From NCBI RefSeq assembly GCF_009914755.1, contig NC_060941.1: a DNA stretch of 64,000 bases; one strand, given 5' to 3'. A program made the translations under genes and the position numbers. Origin of the DNA: the human T2T-CHM13v2.0 reference genome, Homo sapiens. Below, piece after piece: positions 42,273 to 58,294 of the stretch (within the stretch, counting starts at the first letter, position 1; the number at the start of each line of letters is the position of its first letter). Under the pieces are notes generated by a model. The model worked only from the letters and a program-made list of their open reading frames with translations, did not search any database and was not told where the DNA came from.

Positions 42273-44559
42273 CTGAGGTACAGATTGCTCTGCTATTGAT
42301 TGTGTTGACTTATTCAACCACATAGCTGGAGAGATGATGCATATTCTGCTTGTGGCCCATTCGGCTCCCCAGATCCTTAACTGCCAAGAAAAGGTCAATG
42401 AATGCTGGCTCCAGATTCAGCTCATACAGAATTTTGCCAGCTCTGAGAAGCCTGGGAGGATATTTCTGATCCTTACAGCTCTCAAAATGGCTGCATGAGG
42501 ACTTGAAGGGAAACACAGCCGGGGTGAGATCACAGAGTTTGCAAGGAGAAGGTCGCTTCCTCCGCACGTCTGGTGGTGGGGCTGTCATTCCAGAGGCTCA
42601 CACCCACTCCATAGATTGGCAGGCATGAGGAAGCAGCAGATGGCCTACGTTCTGTTCAGGAGACCATAGCAGCTCTGATGTGTCAGACAAATGGGAGGAG
42701 GGAGGAAATTGGGTGGGGGAGGTGGGTACAGGTTGGAGGGCTCTCCATTCTTCTGGGTCAGAGGAGCTTGGGCACCCCACATCCCTGAGAAACCAGGACC
42801 AACTGCTATCTCCTGAGATGCCCACTAAAGCAGCCCATCTGTGTCTTGGCATTGTGTGCCAGCCACTGACAACACCATCCAATCTAGATGTCCAGCCAGG
42901 CCCACACCCCCCAGAGCAGATGGTCCACCAGTGCCTGTCTTTCATCTGAATAAGTTACGGAAGGTCCAGGCAGTGCCTGTGACATGCCAGAACAGGGCTC
43001 CTCTTTTTGCCCACCCCCCAGACATCACACAGGCTATGCCAGGTAAGCTGAGACTGATTCTAGCATGGCGCAAGGAAGGGGGGCTTTTCTAATCACATAG
43101 ATTGGAGCCCCCTGGATCCGGGCATTGTTTATGCGGCCCCTTTCCAGAGTACCCAACAAGAGATGTGGCCCTTGGCTCTCAGAGTAGGTACCTGTGTGAC
43201 TCTTCCTGGGAGAGGGAGTGCACAGAGATTCTCTAATTCAGGAAGTGTCCAGGGCAGGCGCAGCTCTTCCCGCTGGCTGCCAGGTGGGTGCTGAGCAATG
43301 GAGCAGCACTAATGGGCACCTCCCATCACTGTCGATTGCACTGATTGTGCTATCTGGGATCGAGATAGCATATCAAACGAGCAAGTTGATTCCAAAATCA
43401 GCTGCCACTTGGTCCCAGCGGGTGCCACCCACTGTCATAGAGGGTAAGATAACCTCTGGGAGACAAGCCATTTCTGGGGAGAGGGCATCTCCAGACCCCC
43501 TGGTTGACTCTGTTGGAGGCCTGAGGCCCTGAGACCTGCCCCCTAGTTTCCCAGGATTGTGGCCAGTGGATAGGGGCTTCTCTCTGCCTGGGCTGACTGA
43601 ATTCAGGGGTGCAGGGACTGACGAAGGGAGAGTATGATATAGGGGACAGCAGAAGAAGGTGTCAGGGGCTCTAATGCCCAGTCTCATCAGGCACTACTGT
43701 GTCAGGCCCTTCCCAGACCTTGTATCATTTAATGGATGCTGCGCCTCTGGGAGATGGGAATTTTATTTCCATTTTACAAAGACCTGAAGCCTAGAGAGCT
43801 GAGGCAAGGACTCGCCTGAAGTCTCGCAGTGACGCAGCTGGGATTTAAACCTTCGATGATTTGGCTTCAAAGCCCTAGGTCTTTCCACATACCCACCTGC
43901 CTCATGGGAGGGGCAGACTGGAGCTACACAGCAGACAACACTCCAGCCAGTTGAAGAAACTAAGTCCAGGGAGAGGCACGGACTCGTCGAAGATCTCACG
44001 CCATTTAGAAGTCTGGGGCCAGAGCTTCTGGCATTGGGACTTGGGTTGGGCCCTGGTCGAGCAGGCCCTCAGGAAGCCTTCTGGCTGGGACCCAGGGAAG
44101 CCCCCACCCTGTGCCTGAAGCACATCTGAGCCTCAAACCCAAACCGGAGACCCAACAACACTGCTGTGTGGGGCCAGGGCACAGAGCCACACAGACCTGG
44201 GTTCAAGTGTCAGTTCTGCCACTTAAAAGTCATGTGAACCTGGCAAGTTGCCTCTCAGAGCCTTTGCCTCCTCAGCTATAAAATGGGCACTTTGGAAGGG
44301 TTTTGTGTGAATCTGCATGCTCTGAATAGGAGAGTTCTGAAGGCTGAGGGAGAAGGCCACAGTCAGAGGTTAGGCAGCCCCTGTCAGGGGAACACTGAGG
44401 CAGGCTTCTAGGGTAGGAAGGGGTGGCCCCTGGCAGGTAGGGCTCTCTCTTCTCTGGGGGACTACCCATGTTCCATGTTGGGTGGCAGCATGTGTGACCC
44501 TGAGGATGTCAAATACCTCATCCATAAAACAAGGATAATACTGCACCATGCAAAGGGCG

Positions 44560-45240
44560 ACCACCTTCAAGGCCCTGCATGTCGGTGGGGGACACAGCGG
44601 TGGGCCGCAGCAAGATCGTCCCCGTGATCCCCACTTGCCAGGCCCACCTGGTGCCAGAACACAGGATGCACTCCGCAGTTGCTCAGTCCTCCCCTCCCGC
44701 AGGGCCGGGGGCTGCATTCTCCGAGTGGGCTGGGTCCGGGAAACACCCCTCCCTTCCCCGCGGGCCATCCCTGGTGGAGACTGCCCAGGAACTTCCCAGC
44801 GCCTGCCGCCCCCAGCCCTGGCATGGCCCCGCCGCCGCCTGGGCCCTCCCCCCGCATTAGCTCTTAAGCTGTGCAAATAGACATCGGAGGGAGCCCTGTT
44901 TAAAGTATTTAGACGAAATGAAAAAAGGCTTTCATCGGCACTAATGAGCCATTCAGGATGCCTCCCCGGTGGATTCTCTCCCGCTCCCGCCTCCCTGCCC
45001 GCGCCGCCCCGCTACGGCCCCTCTTGGGATTGGAGGCCCCTTCCTCCCAACCCCAGCCTGGGACTCCCTGGGAGGACCGCTTACCCCGCCTCACTTCCCA
45101 GGGCCCAGCTGGGTGAGGGTGGAGCGGAGGCCACCTGCGCCCCAGCCCCACCAGATCTGGATCGGGATGGGGGGCGGGGCCCAGCCTGTGTTTAGGGGAA
45201 GCCTTAAGGACTGGGGCGTGTTCTAGCGTCCAGCTAGGTA
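44560..45240. promoter_or_regulatory. Intronic CpG-rich element in SEZ6 intron 1
   Basis: Local CpG enrichment with GC boxes (CCCGCCGCCGCC, GCGCCGCCCC, GGGGCGGGGC) around a short AT-rich core with TAAT motifs (44850-44950). Confidence 0.65.
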
Positions 45241-48200
45241 GGTGTTATGGCCTCTGTCTTATAGATGGGGAAACCGAGGCTCAGTGAGGCCCAGGAGCTT
45301 GCCCAGGTTCACAGTGGTGGTGTGCGGTGGAGCTGGAGTCATTACGCAGTGCCCCAGCCTGGGGGAACCGCCGAACCAGGCAGTGGTGCCACCTCAGGGC
45401 CAGCTGGCTTGCCCCTTCAGCGCTGCTGTTTCTGCAGATCTTTCTGTACCAGTCAGCCAGAAAGCCTTGGGTTCCAATCCCAAATCGATGTGACACTAGC
45501 TGTGTGACCTGGGCGGGGGCTGCCCACTCAAGCCTCTGTCTGCTCATCTGTGGAGTGAAGACATACTGGGTTTGGGGAGAGCTCATCTATGGACAGACAT
45601 ATACTGTCACCCACCGCAGCCTCTGGAAGGGCAGGTGGCACTGTCTGTCACTCTGGCAGCCCCTGAAGAGGTGCCAGGCATTTCCCAAGCCTCTGGCCCC
45701 TCTGAGGTGGGCAGTCACGGGAACCAAAGTTCTGGGACGAGTTCAGGCCTGATCCCCGCCTCATGGCAGCACCAACTGTCAGCTTCGGGGGAGGGCATGA
45801 CAGCGTGTGGGTACAAGGGGGAGCCTGAGGGACAGGGCGGGCAGGGGGCCCACTCCTCTGGGTTCCAGAGGTTAAGCTGGCCCAGCACGGGGACAATGAG
45901 AATTTAATGGGATCCATTTATTATCCCATAAAAGTTAATGAGTTTATTCTGGAGGTTCCCTGGCCCCTTTCAAGTTTTAATAGGGGATTAGTGAGGGCCT
46001 GGTCCCTGCAGACCCCTATTATCCGAGAACCTGAGGGAGCTGAGAGTGCTTGGGCCCCCCAGAGCCAGAGTCCCTCCTTACAGTGACAATTCCACGGGCC
46101 CAGCCCTGCCCTCTGTACTGTGAGGCCCCAGCTAGAGGCTGGCAGGGCTATATAGGGCCGCTGGGATCTGAGGCCTAGTTCTAGAGGCTTCCAATTCCAT
46201 GCGCAACTGAAATAATTACCCCGACAGTGTCCAGCACCTGAGGCAGGTTTGCTGCTATCCATCTGCTTGTATTGACAGGGAAAGCAATATAACCCCCATG
46301 AGACAGATAAGGAAAGCAAGGCCCTGAGCAGGGATGTGGCTCCTCCAAGGTCACCCAGAAGCTATGGCTGAGCCAGAATGGACACATTCTGTCTCCTGTG
46401 GTTGGTAGCCAGGAAACTGGGGCTGGTAAGAGCTGCCATTCACTTACTCGGTGCCCACTGTGTGCTGACCATGCACTCAGTGCCCTCATACGTAATTTCT
46501 CATTCTCCCCTTGCTCCAGGGAGGTTTGGGACATTATCCCAAGAGATGAAGACACTGAAGCCCAGAATGGTTATGTAACTTGTCCAAGGTCACGCAGCTA
46601 ATGATGGCAGAGCCTCGGACTGGAACCCAAAGCTGGACAGCCCCATAGCTCAGCTGTCTACTGCTCTTGCTGGCTTTCGGCTGTAGCACCTGGGGCCTCC
46701 TATCTCCCCACCAAGCTGGACACCACTATCCTAGCGCACTCGTGCCAGGAGCCCTGCAGCTTGGATGATGGGGAAGGGTGTTCTGGTTGTGCCCTGGAGG
46801 GGCAGTTGTTGGGTTGGACACAGAGATACACTCAAAAGGAACTTCTCATCGTCAGAACAGGTGCCTTCCCCGTTTTGGCCCCAATTGCTCACGCGATTCT
46901 CTCTCCTTGCCATGGCTTCTCTACTCCTTTGTCTCTGCAAAACCTCCCCATCCTTCACGGGTCAGTTCCTAGCCTCCTCTGGAGATCCATCCTTGCCTGG
47001 CCCTTCTCTTGACCTCCTGGGGGCACTTCCTAGTGGGCTCCTAACACATGAATGGCTTGTGTCCCTGGGCAAGGATCCAGCAGTGGGTATCTCTCTTCCC
47101 ATTTCTCTACCTGGTGCTAGGCATAGTGAAGGCTGGGCTCAGGGCACACTGTTTCCAAGCCCCGATTCTGCCTCTCTGCACACTCAGAAGGCAACCTGCT
47201 CCCCAAAGTGCCTAGCCCTTGGCCAGCAAGGTGAGCAGGAGTGGGTCCTGCCAGGAGAAGATGGGCAGCCAGCCCTTGGCCATGCCCCATCACAGCCCCA
47301 ACTGGCAGTTGATGGGGAGTGTCTGCTGGCACAAGCTGATGGGTCCCCATTGCCCCGGACTACCCTCTCTTCCCCTGCCACTGATCATCCCCATCACAGC
47401 CTCTCACCACCCTCTCTTTCTTGGTCAACCCCTGCAGTCCAGTCAAATTTGGATTGCAAATATGAATGGGGGCACCTCCTCTTGGCCAGGCTCCAAGTGG
47501 GGCAGTGGCTGGTTCCCAGAACATGAGCCCTTGTAGCATCTCATCCCTCCCTCACTTACCCAAGAGGAAACCAAGTCCAGGGGGTTTTCCCAAGTCACAC
47601 AGCAAACTTGGGGCAGGGTTGGGACTCAGGATGGGGCTGGGACATCTAGCCCAACTACTGGGAAGAGTGAACCCTCCAGTCTGGAGCTGTCTGTTATCTG
47701 TGGGCATACCTCCAGGGACAGAGACCCCACTGCCTCCTTAGCCATCCTGGTTGGGGACAGGGGTAACTGTGGGCTTTGGCATCTCCAGAGTTGGGGTCTC
47801 ACTGTCACATGGAGGGAGCATGGGTGGAGGTAGTGGGCACCAGCTAGGAGTCAGGCCATGCTATCCTCATCCCACCCCTGACAAGCCAGGTCCCTCAGCA
47901 CAAATCACTTCCACAACCTGAGTTTCCATATTTTTGTCAGTAAAATGGGTCCCTGCCAGTTCTCACATTCCAGGATCTAGTGAACCATGAAGGGCTCTAT
48001 GAATAAAAATATTGAATGCTGCTGTTTACTGAGTATACATTTACCACATGCCCAGCAACACTCTAAGTGCTTTATCAGAATTAATCCCTATAATAACTTT
48101 ATGAGATGGGAACTTTTATTATCCCATTTTGTAGATGAGGACACTGAGACCCAGGGAAATGCATTAGCAGTTTGGATGCTAATGCAGTCTGATTCAAACC

Positions 48201-48320
48201 TGGGTTGTCTAGCCTAGAGCAGCCCTGTCCAATAGACCTTTGTGATGATGGAAATATTTTTATTTATTTATCTTATTTTTAGAGATGAGGGTCAAGACCC
48301 TATGTTGCCCAGACTGGGCT

Positions 48321-50261
<1,941 letters not shown>

Positions 50262-52910
50262 TAAATAGCCACATGTGGTCAGTGGCTACCATAATGGAAA
50301 GTGCATATCCCTACCTGACTTCTCAGCCTTACAGTAGTCACACCTCTCAGTGAGGAAGAGCCCAGGGTGGGGCTCCTGGAAAAGAGTTAAGATGGGGTGT
50401 CTGCTCCCCTCCTTTCGGGTCTGGGAAAACTGCGGCTTGGGATTGGCAGGGAGAGATGACAAGGAGCCCTGGACTTCTTCGAGTTTTTCAGAAAGGCCTC
50501 GGGGAACTGGGCGTAGCAGCTACTCATTCCTCAGGGAGGATTCTTGTCATCCACCGATGAGGTTTGCTTCCCAAACTTGGCCGCGCACTGGTGCTCTGAG
50601 GGTTGGATGTATGATGGGCAATTCTGGAAGCTCAGAGCCAGTTTAGGAGGATTTTATGGGTGGAGGACAGCCAGGAACACTTAGCTTCGTACTTTGCCCT
50701 CACATGTGTGTTCCAGGGGAACGTTTGCTGCGCTCTGTTGGCTTGCCCCTGCCTCACTGCCCAGCCAGCAGCACCGAGGGCAGAGTATCTGGCCTGGCTA
50801 CTACCCCAGAGCAGCTGCCTGGCCTCGGGCACAGGAGAGGCACTCACATTTACTGAGCACCTGCTATGGGCTAGCCATGCACTTCACAAAGAGCTGTCTT
50901 CCACCTAGAGTGGCAGCCCTTTGTGCTTGGAATCAATAGTTTATGCTTGGCCTATGAAGAAACTAAGGCTGAGAGGCAAAGTGAATCCTCCTAGTTCACA
51001 CAGAGGAAAGTGACAAATAGAGTTTGAACCGAGTCTGCCTGTTCCATAGCCTGGGATGAAAATGTCTACTGCCTTGGCTGCTGCTTCGTGTGAGCATGTG
51101 TGCACGTGCGTGTGTGTGTGGGCGTACGTGTGTGCATGAGACCGGGTGTGTGTGTGTGTGTTCAAGTGCATGTGCATGTGCAGGTCCAAATACATGCCTG
51201 TGCCACAAGTCACTACCATGTGTCCCTGCCCAAGGATGCCACACCCTGGGACCTGGCTTCAAGCAGTCCCCAAGCCCAGAAAGGCCCTACCCCCCAAAAG
51301 AAGGGATATATTTCTCTCCAAGCTGGCTGTTGTGCCCCTTTTTCACTCTGCCCTCTCCTTGGGGCCTGACCTGACCCGCCCCAGGGCCATCTGTCCTGGA
51401 CAGCGTCTCAGGCTCTGGGTGGGTGGGGGAGGGAGAGACTAGTTGGGGCTGCGGCTGGGCCAGTCCTCTCTCCTCCAGTGTCCCCTCCCTCCCATGAGGC
51501 TGTGACCAGGGGCCCAGGGTAGAGAGCTCCCAGCTAACTGCCACGTTCTCTGCTTTTCAATTTACAGTCTAATATGGTCTCGCCACTGCAGAGCTGGGGG
51601 CTGGAGAGGTGATGAATGAGGCCTCTGCTCCTGCGTCACCTGCTGCACTCTACACCGTCCCCTGCAGACCTGTGTTCCCTTCTCCTGTTTGCCTGCTGGC
51701 CCTGGGGACCCCAGCCCTGCCTGCCCACAGTTCCTCAGACTGGGCAGGTGGCACTGGAGCTGGGGGCCTGGAGTGGGGGTTAGGTGAGAGGGAGGGACTG
51801 ACCTTGAGGTAGGGGCAGGAATCGACCCCAGCCCCTGGGGTAGGATGGAAGGAATGGTCTTCTTGGCATCACCCCTCACCAGTCTGATAAATAATCAATC
51901 TGCTGTACCTCACCCTGCTTATGCCACCTCCCAGGAGTGTGGCCAGGGCAGAGTCCTAGATAGGGCTGGAGCTGGGGACTGGGCTTCGTTCTCTCCCTGG
52001 AGGTGTTTCTGTCCATCAGCTCCTTCTGTCCATCTGCTAGCCCCAGGCCCCTTCTCCTACCTGCTATGTTAGGAGGCAGAGAATGAGGAGCTACCCACTG
52101 GCCCCAAGGTGGGGGTGTGGAGCAAGTGGGCAGAAGTATGTGGCCCTGAGCTGGGTGCGTGACTCACAGCCCTCTCCCTGTGCCAGCCACTTCTACCACC
52201 ACCATATCAGCAGCAGAGACCATATTTCTCTGAATGGAAAATCTTGGAGGTGTCAGCTGGGACAAGGAAGGATGTGGAGGCAGGAGCTGCATTCTCCCTA
52301 GAGCCAGTACCAGGGTCAGCTCTGCCCAGTGCAGTGGTGAAGTTGGGGGACAGGGGTTGATCTAGGGAGGAATAGCATCCCCTCCATCCTTTGCCCTACT
52401 GCCTCGCTCCACATACCCAACAAAGACAGTCCTTCCTAGCCATGGAGCCCAGCAAGACAGGGCCATGAGGTGCCAGGGCCGGAGAGTAGGTTCCTTCCTG
52501 GGCCCCAGGCCAGCATCTTTGGACTACTGCCCCCTCCCAGCCTCTACCCTGAGGTTCAAAAGGCCACACCACTGAGGCTGTTCCAGCACACGTGTCCACT
52601 TTTGAGCTGAATCACCGGCCTGGCAGCCCCAAGCCTCTGTGGCCTTTGGGTTAGATGAAGGGGCTTGTTTTGTGCACCAGGACCAAAGTTACCTCCCTGA
52701 CTTTGTGACCTTTGCCCTGTGGTTACTTTTGTCTGCTGCATCTGGGAGGAGATGAAGTTGGAGAGCTTGACTGTAGATGGAGGGGCCCTAAGCCCAGACC
52801 CCTGGGCTACCCTGATGCTGAGGTGAGCTCTGGCCACTCCCTACCCTGAAAGTCCCTAGCATGTCTGTTCTTAGGTGTGGAAGCTGAGGAGCCTGGTGAG
52901 GCCTTATTAG

Positions 52911-53454
<544 letters not shown>

Positions 53455-53616
53455 GGTTACTGACTTTTTAGAGAGTCTTTTGGGTGGGTGGGACATAGTC
53501 ACTGACCCTTTATTATCGGTGCTCAACCCTGGGGGCTGATGGAGCCTCCGGATGGGCAGGGGTAGAGGAGGAGGGGGCTTGGCATGGTGGGGGACTGTGC
53601 TCTGTTGACTTGCCAC

Positions 53617-53917
53617 TTTTCTTTTCTTTTTTTTTTGAGACAGAGTCTCACTCTGTCGCCTAGGCTGGAGTGCAGTGGTGCGATCTTGACTCATGCAAGC
53701 TCCACCTCCAGGGTTCACTCCGTTCTCCTGCCTCAGCCTCCCGAGTAGCTAGGACTACAGGCACCCACCACCATGCCTGGCTAATTTTTTGTATTTTGTA
53801 GTACAGACGGGGTTTCACCGTGTTAGCCAGGATGGTCTCGATCTCCTGACCTCGTGACCCACCCGCCTTGGCCTCCCAAAGTGCTTGGATTACAGGCGTG
53901 AGCCACCGCGCCCGGCC
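53617..53917 (-). mobile_element. AluY-like
   Basis: Full reverse dimer; TSD GACTTG(C/T)CACTTTTCTTTT. Confidence 0.93.
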
Positions 53918-53993
53918 GACTTGTCACTTTTCTTTTGAGTGTGCTGGAGCCTGTCACCTCATCTCCCTCTGCTGAGCATCTGCAGGGCTAGGC

Positions 53994-54092
53994 TGTGTGT
54001 ATGTGTTTGTGTGTCTGTGTGTGTGCACATGTGTATGTATGTAGGTGTGTGAGCATATTTGTTTGTGTGTCTCTGTGTGTGTGCATGTATGT
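53994..54092. repeat. Degenerate (TG)n tract (a similar one at 51087-51182)
   Basis: Imperfect alternating purine-pyrimidine sequence. Confidence 0.8.
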
Positions 54093-54695
54093 GGGGGGGG
54101 GTGCATTAGGTGAGGAATAGGAGTCAGGGATGGAGGTGTGAGAAGAGGGCCTGGAGAGAGCGCTAAGTTTTCTGGGCAGCTGCTGTGTGCTAGACTCCAT
54201 GCTGCCCCATCATCTACACCATCTGATTAATCGTCTCCATCCCGCAGGTGGAGAAACAGGGTCTGAGAGCTGACGTGACCTGTGGGAGGTGGTCTAGCTG
54301 GGCCTGGGAGGCAGACCCTGGGCATCCTTGTCCTGCTGAGCTCAAGAGACAGACAGAAGGACAGATGCAGGAACAAAAGACTTTGAAAGCAAAGATGGCC
54401 TGCGACCAGAGGACTCCCTCCTTGGTCTCTCAGTTCAGACCCCTTGAACTGCCCTACCATACCTTCTCCCAGCTGGTGCCAGTTTCCAGAGCAGCTGCAG
54501 CTGGTGGTGGTGGGACCCAGGGTGAAGGCTCAAGGGTGTGGAAGGCAATGAGCTCTAATGGTGGCCTTTTGGCAGAGTTGAGCTGTAGTAGGGGCCTGAA
54601 GCCCTGCTGGGGAGTGCAAGGACAGTACTGGAGGTCCCTGGGTGGGCCACCTCCTCCAGGCATGCCTCCCTCCTCTCCACATCCTGACACTTTGA

Positions 54696-55265
<570 letters not shown>

Positions 55266-58234
55266 TGAGGGGTCAGTGAAGCCCAAGATTGGGGAGGAAG
55301 AGACTGGAGTGGGCTGCAGGGAGGGAGAGAGACCAGCCTGGGCTGGGGCCTGGTGTACCTTACACCCAGGCCACAGTCCTAGGATGCAGGGACAGAGGGC
55401 ACAGACATGCAGGGACATGTGAACACAGACACTCAAGGACAGGTGAACGAGCCAGGCAGAAATGCACGTAGACATGGCTACCAGCACAACTGGGGCTTCC
55501 TCTCCCCAGAACCTCAGGAACACCAGATGGGCCCAACTGCACAGCCCCCAGCCTCTCAGGCCTGTCCCTTGTCTCCACCTTGTTTTGACCTCCAAGGACC
55601 CTGCAGAGCTGGGTGTGTGGACACCTTGAGTTGACAGGGCTAAGCCCTCCTCCCTTGTCTCTTTCAGTCTCCTGTGTGTGCAGCTTAGGGTAGGGAAGGA
55701 CCAAGGGTCACCGGAGGCAGCATCAGGGATAGAGTTACAGCACAGACCAGAGTTAGGGCACCAACAAGTGGCTGTCGGCTCAGGAGCATCACTCGACCTG
55801 AGCAACAGGCTCTTTCTATCCTGGCTGGCAGGCAGAGGGAGGCATGGGAGAGAAGTGATTGGACCCAGTAGGGCAGGACTGGGGCTCTGCCAGGAGATGC
55901 GTGGGAATTGAGGGAAGGGGGCCAAGGGGATCTAGAGAAGTAAATGCATGGATGACCACTCTCGTGCATGCGTTGTTTGATCCCACATTCACACCTTTGC
56001 CCGGAGATGCCCCCTTTGCCAGGGGCTCTTTGGTCCACAAAAGTTGACTCCATGTCTTACCTTTCCTCTAACCAGCCAGAAAATAGGGCTTCATGACAAG
56101 AGGGGGCCTGCCAGCTGCTGGACCAGACATTTCAAATCACCAGCATATCTCTTTGCTAGACGTAAATGATGCCTAAGACAATGTCCATCAGAGCAGCAAG
56201 CCAGGGTGAAGGCCTTAGAAGCACCCTGATCTTGGTCCCTCTGCATTGCTAGTCTCACCTTCTTGGACAGACCCAAACCAGCTGGCGCTCACCCCCACTG
56301 CTGCCTCAGCGGTCCAGCTCTGGACTCCTGGGTTGTATGATTCAGCCCCTCCAGAGATGCCTGACAAATCAGCCTCTCCTGGTGATGGACAGTTCTGGCT
56401 GTTGGAGGGGCTCCTCTCAAGGGGTCTTGTGGTTTCTTCCCAGTCACCATCCCCCCCACCCCGATTTCCTTTGATCTTCATGCTGTTCTACAAAAGAGGT
56501 GGGGCAGGGACAGGCATCATGAATTCTCAAGGAAACTGAGGCTTGGGGTGTGACACAACTTGCCCAAGGTCACACAGCCAGCAAAACCCATCACTGGGTG
56601 TCCTGACTCCCTGACCAGCCTTCTTCCTCTTATGTTCTTCCTTTAGGACTCCCCCCTCCTCCTTGAACACAACTTGGCTCCCCACACTGCCTGATGCCTC
56701 CCTGCCCCCACCCCCAGGCTCTGGGACTCCTTAGGCACCTGCTGGCTGGTGGGACCCAGGCCAGACACTCAGCAGGTGGCTGCCTGGGGGACAAAGGAGT
56801 TGGCACTCAGCTGCTGAGCTGGGAGGGAGGGAGGGAAGGAGAGAGGAAGGGAGGGAAGGAGAAGCTATGGGGAGGGAGGAGGGATGGGGCTGGAAGTTGA
56901 GGGGAGAAGGGTCCGCTTTGGTGTCTTTAACAAGGAGCCATGAGCAAAAAGGGGTAAACCAGCATGCACATGAGCATGGGGGGCGCTCAGTGGTTTAGGC
57001 ACTTTTCACAGTAACCCCAAGTTCTGTCCTCCCAGACTCATGACCAGTTAGAGGGAGGGGCTTGAGGGTAGAGAGAAGAGCCTGTTGAGAGGGGGGATGG
57101 AGAGACTGAGAGAGATGCCAAGGTTGATGCCACAGTATCAAGGTTCTGGCTGGGCCCTGGGGACCCAGGGGTAGGGAGGGATGGCATGAGAAGGAGGGCA
57201 TTGTGAGGAGAGATTCTGCAGCACATGCGATTTGGTGCTGCAGAATCCAAGCAGCGGGTCTCCCCCTTCTTTCCCCACCACAAATTCATGATGCCTGTCC
57301 TTTTTCCAGCTCTTTAATGGAACAGCATCAGGATCAAAGGAAATCAGTGGGGTGGTGACTGGGAAGAAACCAGAAGTCCCCCCTACCCCTTGAGAGGAGG
57401 GTCCTCCAATAGCCAGAGCTGTCCAGTGGCAGGAGAGGTCCTGTACCTGCTCTTCAGGGGCACACCTGACCTGCCAGAGATAGGAAGGGTTGTGATGAAG
57501 GGCACCCATCATGGATTGGCCCAGGGACCCCAGAGGCTTGCTGGGTCGTCACAGACCCAGAGGCAAACTCTTTTCCTACAAATGAGAAACTGAGGCCTTG
57601 AGCGGTCCCTGGCCAGGAGTCTCCTGTCCTTCTGGAGGCCAGAGTAGCTGGATCATATAGGTGCTGTTTGTCATTTCATCTGTATCTCTTTCTATTAAAA
57701 TCTAACTGGAGAGATAGTCACAACTGAGCTTATTAAAAAGGCAGCTCTCCTCTAAACTGAGTTCCTTAAGGGGAGGGACTATGTTATATTCCTCCCAATC
57801 AAAGCACCTGGTAGCTGTTGAATAGAGGGTTGCTGAATGGAGAATGGAAGGATGGATGGATGGAGGATGGACAGGCTAAGTTCTATTGGTGTTTGGGAAA
57901 CAGAGAGAGCCATCTGGGCTGGGTGATCAGGAAAAGAGGGGATGGGAGAAATGAAATAAGCAGAAGGACCCAGGATGGCCTTCCAGGTATGAAAAAATGG
58001 CTGAGCAAAACTGTAGGGGATGAGTGACACAGGGCATGCTCAGGGTCTAGGATTCACCCTAGCATCCTCATGGCATCTTTCCACTGCCCCCCTTCATTCA
58101 GTCCCTGCTCATCTCCTGGCAGAGCCCCTTGTTCCAGATGGACCCAGCCAGGACTTCCCACCCTACCCCCTCCCTTCCTGCCAGACTGCCTGCCAGCAAG
58201 CCTGCAGGCTCTGCAGCCTGAGACCTGGAGACCC

Positions 58235-58294
58235 GGATTGTTGTTGGAGAATCGGCAGGTTTGTGGATTGTTGTTGGAGAAGCCGCAGGTTTGT
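58235..58294. repeat. 30-bp tandem duplication, 2 copies
   Basis: GGATTGTTGTTGGAGAATCGGCAGGTTTGT / GGATTGTTGTTGGAGAAGCCGCAGGTTTGT, 28/30 identical. Confidence 0.92.

Noticed and set aside
58235-58294. 30-bp repeat as a CRISPR-like array
   Set aside because: Only two adjacent copies with no spacer, in mammalian intronic DNA with no cas genes.
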